64,000 nucleotides of DNA from Octopus bimaculoides (taxonomy: Eukaryota). Where the stretch lies: positions 13,074,488 through 13,138,487 of the forward strand of contig NC_069000.1 of the NCBI RefSeq assembly GCF_001194135.2. The letters are read 5' to 3'. Both the position numbers and the translations under genes were made by a program. Under the pieces are notes generated by a model. It searched no databases, was not told the DNA's origin, and worked only from the letters and a program-made list of their open reading frames with translations. Of the stretch, positions 12,308 to 25,171 are shown in pieces (the first letter of the stretch is position 1; every line of letters begins with the position of its first letter).

Positions 12308-13649
12308 CTAGAATTCAATATCGAAGGAAGTTAATCTTCTCATATCATTAAAACATTTAGCCGCGTACAATCATAACTGTATCGCATTTACAGTCAGTTC
12401 TCACGTTGGCAACTATTGAATAAGACACCACTTTTCAAACGATTTGACTTTTTTCTGGAGGTGAAATTCGTGTAAAAGAAACAACATTCCTTTCAAACTT
12501 GCCTGTGAAGTGTTACTTCCCGATCTTTACACGTTACATAACACTCTATTATTCACTTGTGTTGTGGAGAATATTTTTCATTAATGGTTTTTTTTCTTTA
12601 AAAAGATAACTTTTCTTTTCTTTTTTTTTCTGAGATTCTCTTAAAATTGTCAATTTCTTTAAACATAGTGTCTCTATCATTTTTTTTTATATCCCTTCTT
12701 GTTCAAATAGTGACGTTCTAGATGGTAGTTTTTATGATCTGCAACCGATTCTTTACAAAGAAGACGCAGACATTTTCCATTTACCTCTATGAAAAAGTAA
12801 TTATCTCTTCATTTTTCCGAAGAACAAAGAATATTTCGCCAGCCATTCCCTCTCTTTGATTAGTCTTAGACATTAGAGAAGGAGTTAATTGTATGCACTT
12901 TGCAATATTGATTTAAAATACTTAATAAAAATAATTAAATGAACTGTAAATGTTAGCAGCATTCAAAATTATTGAACTTAAAAACCGACAACAGAAATAG
13001 ACACCATTTAAATTCACGCTGTATAAAACCACTAAAAATAGTTAATGAGAAGGAATAAATGATTGCAGAACGGGGGATTGTGTGAGCATGTGTGTGGTGG
13101 TTGTGGGACAAATGCTTAAGTTAAATTGGCTGTATTAAGGGTATGGCTATTACGTCATCAATTCATTCGTCTTTCGATTCTTGGTTAATGTCACAAGACA
13201 AGTATTATGGCTGAAATAAATGTTTTAATATGTTATTGATTGTTGAGAGCAATTCATGAATGTTTTGATCTTAAATAATCTTTAACTGAATTTTTGCATA
13301 TCTTTTCTTAATTATGAAAACTTTGTCAGCGTCTGACAAAATTTTGCATGCAGATAAAAAGTTCTCTAGTCCTGACGAAGCGGCTTTGTCATTGGCTCGT
13401 ATTTGGTACAGTTGTAGCGAGAGTAGAAGAGGAAATAATTATGGTGCTCGAACGGTGTTGTCCCATCGAAATTGGTTCCTGCAGAGAATCAAGACCAGTC
13501 TGTATATTGAATTCAATAGTATTTTACTATCGCACTCATTCACTCAATATAAAATTAATATACATAGCAAGAATAATAATGGTTCATTTTCCCTTGGCAC
13601 AAGGCTTACCGTTGAGTAAGGTGAGTTTGGATAGAGAGTGTGTCCTCTA

Positions 13650-13840
13650 GGGGTAACGCTTTTAAATGTTTTGCATTTCCTCTGGTTGTTTACGATCTTA
13701 GTTCAAATCCCGCAGAGGTCGATTTGCCCTTTCATAACTTCAGGATCGAAAAAAATTAAAATACCAGTCAAGTACTAAGAGCAATGAAACCGACTTGCCC
13801 CTCCCCCTAAACACTTTTCGACTTTTGCCAAAAATTGAAA
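13650..13840 (+). mobile_element. SINE family A (old, diverged)
   Basis: tagttcaaatcccgcagaggtcgatttgccctttcataacttcaggatcgaaaaaaattaaaataccagtcaagtact. Confidence 0.7.
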
Positions 13841-14876
13841 GAAACATCACCATCATCGTCACCATCATCGTCACCATCACTGTCATCATCATGATCATCA
13901 TCATCATCATCATTATTATCATCATCATCCGCATCGTTCTTGCATTCGTTGCCTTCGTCTTCTTAATCATACTCTAAGCAAATGCAGTGAAGAATTCTTA
14001 TTCAACGAAGTCTGCGGCAGATCTGTTCCTGTCTAGATGGCATCTATGTAAACACTGGGAATCGTCCTGACCCCGCCCCCAGTTACTTCGTATTATTATA
14101 ACCCATAAGCCTGAAAGTTTTCAGCTCTAGTAATCCAATTAAATCCATCATATGTAATAACAAAATATAACAGGTTTCGAATGTTTCTGACCGTTAAAAA
14201 CCGCTAAAATAAAACTTAAACAAAAAAATATATAAATAGTAATGTAAATATAATTCAAATATGTCTATGGCGTGTGACGATATAAGAGAGAAATGATGTA
14301 GCTTATGTTGTTTGTTTTAAAGGCAAAGTGAATTCAACTTTGTATTCAATATTTGATTTAGAAAAGGGGAAAGAAAAAGGAAGTGTTTTGACTCTATACA
14401 AGTGTTGTATTCAAAATATTTGTGTAACCGGACTTCAGTAGTATAACAAAAATTTATAGTTTACCATTAGTATTTTATCAGTTAATGCGATGGTTTGTAC
14501 TACTAGAAGAAAGGAACTCGGTATGTCAATATGAAGCATGAATAGGTATAGATTGTGAAATTAACTGACTACGATCAAAATTGTTCTTGTCGAGATAGCA
14601 GTCCAATGAATATGTCATCTTTCTGAAAGTGACAGCTTTTACATTTTAGCTTCGTAACGTCTAATGAATTGTCACACGATGACGTCTTAAAGTAATTATT
14701 CATTGTTTTATATTACCTAATAATTAACATTGAGAATGAATCGTTTCTTAATGAGTATAAAAATATATAGCAGAATTACTTATTAAGAATTTTAAAGTAT
14801 AAGAGAAATATATCGTAATTGAATATTTATTGTCCTATTTATGAGAAAAGAATTTAATATTTTATCTAATAATTAA

Positions 14877-15480
14877 CGCCGAAGAGCAGGCAGAATCGTT
14901 AGCACGGTGGGCAAAATGCTTAGCAGCATTTCGTTCCGTCTTTACATTCCGAGTTCAAATTCCGCCGAGTTCGCATTTGCACTACATCCCTTTTAGGGAT
15001 CGATGAAATGAGTACCAATTGGGTTGATGTAATCTATTTATCCCCTCTCCTGAACTTTGCTGGTTTGTGCCAGAATTTGAAACTAATATATTATCTAATT
15101 AAGCATAATGAACTGGGACAGCATGCTTTGCGGCATTTCGCCCGTTTATCAATTCTGAGTTCAAATTCTGCAGTGGTTGACTTTACAATAAAATACGTAC
15201 CAGCTGAACACTGGGGTTGATGTAATCGACTTACTTCTCTCCGAAAATTGCAGGCCCTGTGCCAGAATTTGAAACTAATATTTTTATCTAATTAAGACAG
15301 CGAGCTTGCTGAATTGTTAGCAAACCGGACAAAATGCTTTGAGGCATTTCGTCCGCCCTTACGCTCTGAGTTCAAATTCCGCTCAAGTCGACTTCGACAT
15401 TCCTCCATTCGGAGTCGAGGAAATAGGTACCAGTCGAGCACCATCACTACCAAATTTCAGGCTTTGTTCCAATTGCAGAC
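14877..15480 (+). mobile_element. Three tandem SINE family A copies
   Basis: B-box regions lie at about 14950, 15158 and 15368. Each unit is preceded by a similar 19-21-bp flank. Confidence 0.85.
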
Positions 15481-16150
15481 ATGGATATCATATCTAAAGT
15501 GAATGGATTTGCAGTGAAAAACAAAAAACAAAAAAAAACAACGAGGCTAAAAGTTTTAATTACTGAACTATTTATCGTCTATGTTCGGAGTTCAATTTCT
15601 GCTGATCCTAACTTTATTCTTTCATTCTTCCTGGGTCAATAGCATAAATGGCAAACAAGTATTTTTATCGTATTCAATGGTTATAAATTTATATTTTCAT
15701 CTATGTATTATAATCAATATTTTATCTATAGCAAGTGACTTTCGCTTCAGTCAGCAGAGGTTATCTTCATCGTTGATTGTGAACATGATTGATTAAGATA
15801 ATAATTGACGGTGATAAGAAACAAAATAAAAGAGGATAAAAACGAAACGTTATTAGCGGAAAGTTAATTAAAATAGATTAATTAATGCCAGGGGCCTGTA
15901 AAACTCGTGCTACTAGCTTACTGCATTGTTACTACTGTTTATAAAGTATATCTATCTATCTATCTATNNNNNNNNNNTATACATGTACGTATGTATGTAT
16001 GTTTTATGTATGTATACATGTATATGTAAATATATATGTACGTATAATGTGTATGTACGTATATATGTGTGTGTATACATTTGTATGCATACATGTATGT
16101 ATGTTCTTATAAAAGTGCATATGTAGTATATGTGTGTGTGTGCGTACATG

Positions 16151-16189
<39 letters not shown>

Positions 16190-17643
16190 ATATATATATA
16201 TATGTATGTATTTATATATATATTTTTTTATACCAAAAATTAGGCAAAAATATAGTATCTGTTGACAAACTTAGCAAAATACTCACAATTGAGTTTTTGT
16301 ATATATATCGACTTTAAAGAGAGCTCAAAACTGATCCATTGAAAATACTTTATTATAATGATAATAACAATGAAAATGGCCTATGATCATTTCTATGCAA
16401 TATCCAGATCGATTCGTGCATATTATAAAATAATATAAAATATTATAAAACATGGGATACTAGATGTAGTATCTAGTATTATTGTGTCATTAAATAGGTG
16501 AAAGATAGATCAGACAAAAGACAAACCACCTAAAGAACTAAATAAAATAGAGTATTTAGTTTCATCTTCGATTCCAAGTTGAATTTCAACCGTTGTCAAT
16601 TTTAGACCTTGCTCCAGAATCGATTCAATTAAATATAAACCTCTCTTTATAAAAGTTGTGTTTGAGCGTCTTTCGATGCGAATTTATAAAAGCTTTGTTT
16701 CAAATCTATACTACCGTTGTGCTACGACCTACGTAAGATAGGCTTAAATGTATGGAAGAAAATCAAGAGCATAATCTGCTATGCACACCGCGTTTATGTT
16801 ATTCGTAAATCAAATGACAGATAAACAATGCAATGATGTATTTTAGATTTATCATGCGTATTATTTATATTGTTTCTAAGAAAAGTGACTGGGAAATATG
16901 TATTTTAAATCACTGCATTTACTCAAGTATAAAAAACATCCCACTTATTTTTCAGTTATGAAGTCGTTTGAAATAGTACAAAAGTAATTTAAGGTACCCT
17001 CAACCAGTTGATGAAAATTTAACATTTGTTTCAGTAGATCAATTTTGTATTTTAAGAAACCGTTTTGATGCTGGAATATATGAATCTTACGAATCTTATG
17101 GCTGCCAAATTTTGTAGATAATTTTGTCAGATAAATTTTGCTATATTTCTTTCTTTTCCTGATCTCCCATCCTACAATTATTTTAGTATCATTTGATTGT
17201 ATATGAAAATATAAAGCAGGATTAGTTCTCTTCACAAACCATTAATGTTTCTAATGTCGAAAATGTATCTTTTATGGACAAGTAAGTTACTGTGAATTAT
17301 GACATTTACTCCTCCTCCTCTTCCTCCTCCATCCTCCTCCGCAACCTTCTTCTTCCTCTTCTTCTTTTGTTTCTTCTCATTCTCTTTCTCTTTAAACACT
17401 TCGCATCAGAGATACATCTCACAATACTACGCCAAGAATCTTTGCTATTTCCTTCAATTTCAAGTTGTCAGTCTCTCTCTCCCACCCTCTCTCTCCCTCT
17501 TTCTTCCTATCTCTCTCTCTCTCCCTCTCTGCCAATAACATTAATGTATCTAAGTGACTTTCGCTCTTGTATTAGGGTGCGGGAATCTCCAAAATATATT
17601 TCACTGTTTCTCTGTTGGAGAAGTTTCATCATAGTTTACAATA

Positions 17644-17815
17644 CAGGCGCAAGTGTGGCTGTGAGGTGAGAGACTTGCTTCCTATCTACAGGATTTCTAG
17701 TTCAGTCACACTGCGTGGCACCTTAGACAAGTGCCTTCTGCTATAACCTCGGGCCGACTAAAATCATGTGAGTGGATTTAATAGACGGAAACTGAAAGAA
17801 GCCCGTCGTGTGTAT
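17644..17815 (+). mobile_element. CORE-type SINE family B (head plus core)
   Basis: ggcgcaagtgtggctgtg...gcgtggcaccttagacaagtgccttctgctataacctcgggccgac...gacggaaactgaaagaagcccgtcgtgt. The gcaccttg(g)gcaagt core resembles CORE-SINEs (octopus OR2-like, from memory). Confidence 0.8.
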
Positions 17816-17819
17816 AAGG

Positions 17820-17997
17820 CCAGCAATTTTGGGAGACGGGTTAAGTAGATCATATCGACCCCAGTGCTCATCTGATATTTATTTTATCGACCGCGAGAGT
17901 TGATACCGGTGGAATTTGAACTCAAAACGTAAAGACGGAGGAAATGCTGCTGAGCAGTTTGCACGGCGTGTGCTAACGATTCTGCCAGCTCGACACT
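17820..17997 (-). mobile_element. SINE family A
   Basis: Reverse-complement match with head cgagctggcagaatcgttagcac. Confidence 0.8.
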
Positions 17998-18930
17998 TAA
18001 GAGGAAGCTTGTTATATTAAAAAAGGACAGCGCTGAGTGTGTTAAATGCGTGTGATATCAAATCGTCGGTTACATCAAATAAAATGCCGAATCGTCACCG
18101 CTGGCAAAAAAGGAGGGAGTGTATTTACACTAATTACACAGCCTAATTGAGCAGAAAAAGGAGAAAGGCGGTACAGTGGTCTATGTAATATCATCAAAAA
18201 GACGATTCGAGCCTGCGTAAACGTTTCTTTGTTTCTTTGACACGTTACCTGATTTCTGACAGTTTTAAAGATGCAAGATGAAGATTTTGTGAATTTATCC
18301 ATCCATAAACACTTAGAAACAAAAACACTCCTATGTCTTCTATAGTTAATCATCCAGATAGTTACATAGATGCTCATACATAATTAAATTGTGTGCGTAT
18401 ATATATAAATACATATATATATNNNNNNNNNNNNNNNNNNNNNNNNNNNNNNNNNNNNNNNNNNNNNNNNNNNNNNNNNNNNNNNNNNNNNNNNNNNNNN
18501 NNNNNNNNNNNNNNNNNNNNNNNNNNNNNNNNNNNNNNNNNNNNNNNNNNNNNNNNNNNNNNNNNNNNNNNNNNNNNNNNNNNNNNNNNNNNNNNNNNNN
18601 NNNNNNNNNNNNNNNNNNNNNNNNNNNNNNNNNNNNNNNNNNNNNNNNNNNNNNNNNNNNNNNNNNNNNNNNNNNNNNNNNNNNNNNNNNNNNNNNNNNN
18701 NNNNNNNNNNNNNNNNNNNNNNNNNNNNNNNNNNNNNNNNNNNNNNNNNNNNNNNNNNNNNNNNNNNNNNNNNNNNNNNNNNNNNNNNNNNNNNNNNNNN
18801 NNNNNNNNNNNNNNNNNNNNNNNNNNNNNNNNNNNNNNNNNNNNNNNNNNNNNNNNNNNNNNNNNNNNNNNNNNNNNNNNNNNNNNNNNNNNNNNNNNNN
18901 NNNNNNNNNNNNNNNNNNNNNNNNNNNNNN

Positions 18931-19460
18931 TCGCGAAATGATGAAAGACAAAGTCGATCTCGGGGGAATTTGAACTCAGAACGTAAGGACGGACGAAAAG
19001 CTCGGCATGCTAAAGATTTTGCTAACTCCCGCCTTAGGTAAGGTGCAAAAATATAAGGAAGATACGAATTAATATTTCATTTATTGAAAAGCAGATGAGC
19101 TGGCAGAATCGTTAGCATGCCCGGGGGTCGGGGTGAAATGCTTAGCAGCATTTCGTCCGTTTTTACGTTCTAAGTTCGAATTCCACCGGGGTCTCCATTA
19201 GCTTTTGCTAATATTTGAAACCCGTAGGGCGGCGAGCTGGTAGAATCGTTAGCACGCCGGGCGAAATGCTTAGCGGTATTTCTTCTGCCGTTACGTTTTG
19301 AGTTCAAATTCCGCCAATGTCTACTTTGCCTTTCATTCTTTTGGGGTCGATTAAATAAGTACCAGTTACGCACTAGGGTCGATGTAATCGATTTGATCCT
19401 TTTGTTTGTCCATATTTGTCCCCTCTACGTTCAGCCTCCTGTGGGCATTAAAAAATAAAT
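18931..19460. mobile_element. Cluster of three SINE family A copies: 18931-19035 (-), 19090-19200 (+, truncated), 19228-19460 (+, full)
   Basis: Each piece matches the family A head and B-box; the third has the gtcc(atatttg)tcccctctacgttcagcctcctgtgggca tail. Confidence 0.85.
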
Positions 19461-19550
19461 ATTTGATACCAGTATTCTATTTACCGGCACTTCAGGTTTA
19501 TACTTTATTGCGTGTATATATATGTGTATATATATATATATGTATATGTA

Positions 19551-19573
19551 TGTGTGTGTGTGCGTGTGTGTGT

Positions 19574-19655
<82 letters not shown>
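19551..19655. repeat. (GT)n microsatellite
   Basis: Seen directly. Confidence 0.95.
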
Positions 19656-19658
<3 letters not shown>

Positions 19659-20327
19659 AACTCTGTAACTTAATGTAGTCCATAACAATTTGCACTTGCA
19701 ATTACGTTATCTGCGTAGTATTGTTTCATTTGTCACCATGGTATATTGTAACAGCTATATCATTATATATTTTTACAGCTATTTAAGTGATCCTTATTAA
19801 TTTATCTTGCTAGAAGTACTTACGTGCATGTATGTTTTCTAATACTCTGAAATAGTCTTGCACTAAATTTTCATATTTGATTTTCAGTGTTCATACACAT
19901 ACATATATGTATACATGTATGTATGTATGTATGTATGTATGTGAAAAGTGAAAATCAAAGGCGAAAATGCAGTGATCGGTCTTCTCAAATATCTACAAAA
20001 TCATAGCAGTTTAGTCACTGTGGTTTCATAGGAAAGGAACACACACATACATAGATACAATAATACAGGTAGATGCACACACACACACACACGCACACAC
20101 ATGTGTATACAGGCATAGCCATGCACTTATACTCTTAGCCATTGAACATGAACCTACTTTACGATTCATCTAATAATTTATTCCGTTCATTGACAAATGG
20201 ACTGTCCAAAATGAAATATAGTCGTTTTGTTTATCAATTTTATTTTTCTACCGCTGGACATTCGATGACCATTTCGCTACTCACGTTACTCCTCTATGAC
20301 AACACACATCAATATTTGCATCGATCA

Positions 20328-20411
<84 letters not shown>
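20328..20411. repeat. (CT)n microsatellite
   Basis: Seen directly. Confidence 0.95.
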
Positions 20412-21268
20412 CCCTTGTCTATTTGTCTGTCTATTTTAGTCTGTCCCTTTCACCCCTTCACTCTCTTGTTCGATCGTTGTTCCTCTCAATGTCGCTTCAT
20501 CCAACTGTCATCTATATAAAGTTGGCCTAATATCCCACGGGGGCTTAAACAGTTCTCGATATTTTATAACTAATATCCTTGTGGGGACCCCTAAAATTTA
20601 ACTTTTCATAAAATAACGTATATGGGGCTTTCAAATAACAGAGAAAAGAGAAAGCAGGGAGCTTTAAATTTAAGCTATGAAAAATTCTTTACGTCTTCTT
20701 ATTAATAAATATGAAAAAGTTTCATACCCTGAGTGGGTCTATCGCAATTTTCAATCAGATCTTACTAGTATTTAATACACACGTGTAAAATATTATGCTT
20801 TTGCGCGCATGCGTGTGTGTGTGTGCACGCGCGTGAGGAAGATGAAGCGAAAGAGAGCGAGACAGAAAATTTATGAACTCTTATTATATTTCATATAAAC
20901 AGTCGTAAGTAGTCTCAGGATAAATACTTGACAAAGAAAACAAAGTTAGAAAGTGCCTTTTCACTTCAAACTTCGCATGTAAACATCAATCCAAAACATC
21001 GTATCAAGTTTTCTGCCTTCATATTTATCACACCCGAGAGTCTTACAGTGATACACCTCTTTCAATCAATGATAGTGCTACTCTTAGTAAGTAATATGAT
21101 GGCCTTACCAATTTTCTTAACGCTAAATCCATGTTGTTGTGCTTGCTGTTCTTGCTGTTCTTGTTGTTGCAGGCATTTAGCCCCAGATCAGTTTTGAATG
21201 ACGTGAACTACCGGCAACCATACTATCTTGTTCCTTGGCACAGCCAGGACCGGATTAAAACCCATATA

Positions 21269-21734
21269 GCGTGCTAACGTTTCTTATTTCTTTATTGCCC
21301 ACAAGGGGCTAAACATAGAGGGGACAAACAAGGACAGACAAAAGGATTAAGTCGATTACATCGACCTCCAGTGCGTAACTGGTATTTTATTTATCGACCT
21401 CGAAAGGATGAAAAGCAAAGTCGACCTCGGCAGAATTTGAACTCAGAACGTAATGGCAGACGAAACACCGCTAAGCATTTCGTCCGGCGTGCTAACGTTT
21501 CTTATTTCTTTATTGCCCACAAGGGGCTAAACATAGAGGGGACAAACAAGGACAGACAAAAGGATTAAGTCGATTACATCGACCTCCAGTGCGTAACTGG
21601 CACTTAATTTATCGACCCCGAAACGATGAAAGGCAAGGTCGACCGCAGCGGAATTTGAACTCAGAACGTAACGGCGGACGAAATACCGCTAAGTATTTCG
21701 CCCGGCGTGCTAAAGTTTCTGCCAGCTCACCGCC
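21269..21734 (-). mobile_element. Head-to-tail SINE family A dimer plus the start of a third unit
   Basis: 218-bp period. The junction ...ataaagaaataagaaacgttagcacgc occurs twice. Confidence 0.9.
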
Positions 21735-22189
21735 TTACTTAGATAAAGTGTTAAAAGAAGACTGCATGACGATCATGCCTCTCCCGAGAACACCAACACA
21801 ATAAATGGCACGACAATTTTGTATCTTTTTTAAACAATTTCTTTACACTTCTTGTTTTCATTGTCTCTTCCTCAATCTCTGTCTTCTCTCTTTCTCTCAG
21901 TCTCTCTTCGCAAGTCTTCACTTATCCTTTCCACTTCTATGTCTGCCCCTTTCTTCACACTATTTGTGTTTTTCTTGTTAGTCTGCACAACGTCTTTTTC
22001 AAGTACATCCTTTTATATTTTGCATTTTTGGTCGGGAAAAGAAGCGCAAATCCCATTTCATCTTACGTATTTTAAAACTAAACATTTAACCAGGAAATAT
22101 TATATACTTAGTCGCTCTACTGTTATATCACACATATAGTGTGTCTATGCGTGTGTATGTATATATATGTATATATATACATACATAGA

Positions 22190-22378
22190 AAAAATACCTT
22201 TTTGCTGATGGTGAAATTCCACAGAAGGCGTCTTGGATCAAGGTTAGAAACCAATTCTTTCTCTGTTGGCAAGAAATCCTGAAATAAACTGAATAATGAC
22301 ATACATACATACATACATGCATACATGCATACATACATACATACATACATACATACATACATACATACATACATACAT
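22190..22378 (+). mobile_element. Dispersed copy of the about 110-bp (CATA)n-tailed element
   Basis: Homologous to the 5891-6460 unit (gaaattccacagaaggcgtcttggatcaaggttagaaacc...aagaaatcctgaaataaactg) and followed by a long (CATA)n. Confidence 0.8.
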
Positions 22379-23479
22379 AGATTCATACATATACACATCA
22401 ATACAAGTATATAACCTCGTTGCATTAAGGAAGAATATGCAGGTGACTGGGATACCGTACCAATATGGAAACAAAAAACAAATGCGGTTGGAAAAAAAAC
22501 ATTGCATGATAGGGTAGACATATTGAATGGAATTTCATACTGAGAATGGAATGAAGAAACCATCAAAATACTTAGAGACAAGCGGTAAATATGCCAAAAA
22601 TGTGAAGAATGAAAACAAGAACAAACCTGAGTGTAAATGAGAGGCTTGAGATAATTAAGGGAGGTAGGAAATCCGGGGCCCGGAACATTCCAACAAGCAT
22701 CTCCTTTTGTTGCCAGCCCCCAATTTCTAACTATATGTAGTGCTAGCATACACATTTTTTGTACGATCTGATATCCGCTAAAGATATAAACACGAAATGA
22801 TATCCAAGCTAATAACGATATCATATTTAAAGTCTCTAATAATGGCTTTTATTTCTGGAATTACAGATGAGCAGATGAGTTTCAGCTCACCCCTGAAGAA
22901 TTGTGTTTGTTTATACTGAGACAAATATCTTAGGCGGGATCTCATTAGGTTTAGCATCATTACCAGTTTTGATTTTTTTTTTTTTTGTTCCTTTTGACAT
23001 AACCCATTCGCCCTCCACTAAAAGAAGAATAACAATAAGAACATCTACAGCAAAATAAAAAATACTGTTTCCTTAACCCACAAAACAATGGCGTCAAAGT
23101 TTTAAGTGTTGAAACTTTGTGCGTGTTACATTAAATATTCGCCTGTTCAACGCTAAGCAGCGCACAAAATGTAACAATGTTAAGGAATATGAACTCGAGC
23201 CAATGGCTGTGACAGAGAATAATAATTACAGGATTTTATAGGATTTTCCAATAAAGACTGACCGTACTATTGAAGCAGGAAGGGCATATATAATTATAGA
23301 GAATTAAAAAAAAAAGAAAAGAAGAGAAACAGAAGGAAGGAAAGAAACGGTGGAAGATTTACAGATTTTGCAACACCATATGAAAAATAGAGCAGATATC
23401 AAATAAATAGAAAACAGATTGGCGGTGCTCCAGCATGGCCACTGCTTTAGAACCGAAACGTATGAAATAATAAAAGAGT

Positions 23480-23690
23480 AAAGATATGGACGTTGCAAAA
23501 GAGATGAAGGAATTGTGAAAGACTAAGACAAGTATTCCTATGGTTGGTGGTGAACCTGGTACGATACATAAACTGCAGCGAAAGAGATTGAATAATATTG
23601 GAACTGAGACACGCATTGTCGACCTGCAAAAAAATGTTGTCTTGTATTCTGCTCCGAAATATGAATTGTTGGAGGAGTTTCGCAGTCATT
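23480..23690 (+). mobile_element. Remnant of the RLE-type (R4/Dong-like) non-LTR retrotransposon C-terminal endonuclease region
   Basis: Reads KDMDVAKEMKEL*KTKTSIPMVGGEPGTIHK...NIGTETRIVDLQKNVVL, resembling the recalled motif KY.DLA.E+..LW....+IP+V+GALG.....I..LQK..+L. Degenerate. Confidence 0.5.
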
Positions 23691-23841
23691 TATCTATGTT
23701 GTGAAGGGAAATTGATAAGTGTTGGTTGGCTTACGTTCCTGTTACGTAGTGGCTCGGCAGAAGATACTGATATATATGTACATATATATATTTACATACA
23801 TATATATACATATATACATGTATACATACACACACACACAA

Positions 23842-23900
<59 letters not shown>

Positions 23901-25107
23901 NNNNNNNNNNNNNNNNNNNNNNNNNNNNNNNNNNNNNNNNNNNNNNNNNNNNNNNNNNNNNNNNTATACATATATACAGATATATATACATATATACATA
24001 TATGCATATATATATTTATACATATCTATATATACATATATACATATATATACATATATATTTATACATATACATACATATGCATATATATACGTATATA
24101 TATATATATGTAAGTATGTATGCATGATTGTGTGTTTATATGTATGTTCGTATGATTGTGTCTGTATGTATGTATGTATGTATGTATGTATGCATGTATG
24201 TACGTACGTATTTATGTATTTATGCATGTACGTATACGATGTGCCGTGCATTAGCAGTTCGGCAAAAAGATATCAATATACTCAAAATATCATAAGGTAC
24301 ACTAAACTCTTCAAGGTGCTGCCTCGGCGTGTCCACCTTGATCTATCGGTTAATACAAATATTAGAATAGACGAACGTACCTTCTTTCCATCAACAATCC
24401 ACTTTCCCCACCTTTAACCAATGAACCGCTTTCTCAGGCGATATAGACTTCGTCTTCTCAAATATGCGCTCACTACTTCCATTATTGCTCCAATAGATTC
24501 ATTACTATCTGTAATCATTAGTATATAAACTTGAGTCAGTATAGACTTAACTTGTACTTACAAATAATCTCCATTTGTTTGTATGTAACCAGCCCCCTGA
24601 AGCTTTCATTATTGCTAATATAGTCTCACCCTGCAGTAACAACATTCTTTATTTTAAAGGTTTCTTATACACTCATTAATCATTCGTTCAATCTCCTATG
24701 GCTTCTACCTCCCGCTGTACACGTCTAGAAACAGCATCAATCTCTCTACGGCAGTGTAACAGGTTTTTCGCTACATACAATGCAATTCAAGGTTTCTTTA
24801 TTAACTGAAAACGAATCAGTTCAAATAGCTTTTTTCATTTTACCTTTTTATAACCCTTTAACGTATTTTATCTCTTGCAACTCTTTACAACTTTGCAACT
24901 TTTCTATTTTATTATTTTATTAAATATATTTTCCATTATATTCCCACTTACATGTCTGTAAGTATGTACGAATTTTGTATTGGTTTCGTTTATCAAATTT
25001 CTGGCCAATAAAGAAAAAGAACTGGCTTTCAAGCCGAAAGCAAAGATTTTTTCATTCGAACTTAGACATGGACTTCGTAGTCAAGTATATGACTGTGAAC
25101 GTGTATG

Positions 25108-25171
<64 letters not shown>

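Noticed and set aside
22380-22760. Possible LINE remnant after the (CATA)n tail
   Set aside because: No frame gave a convincing RT or endonuclease motif.
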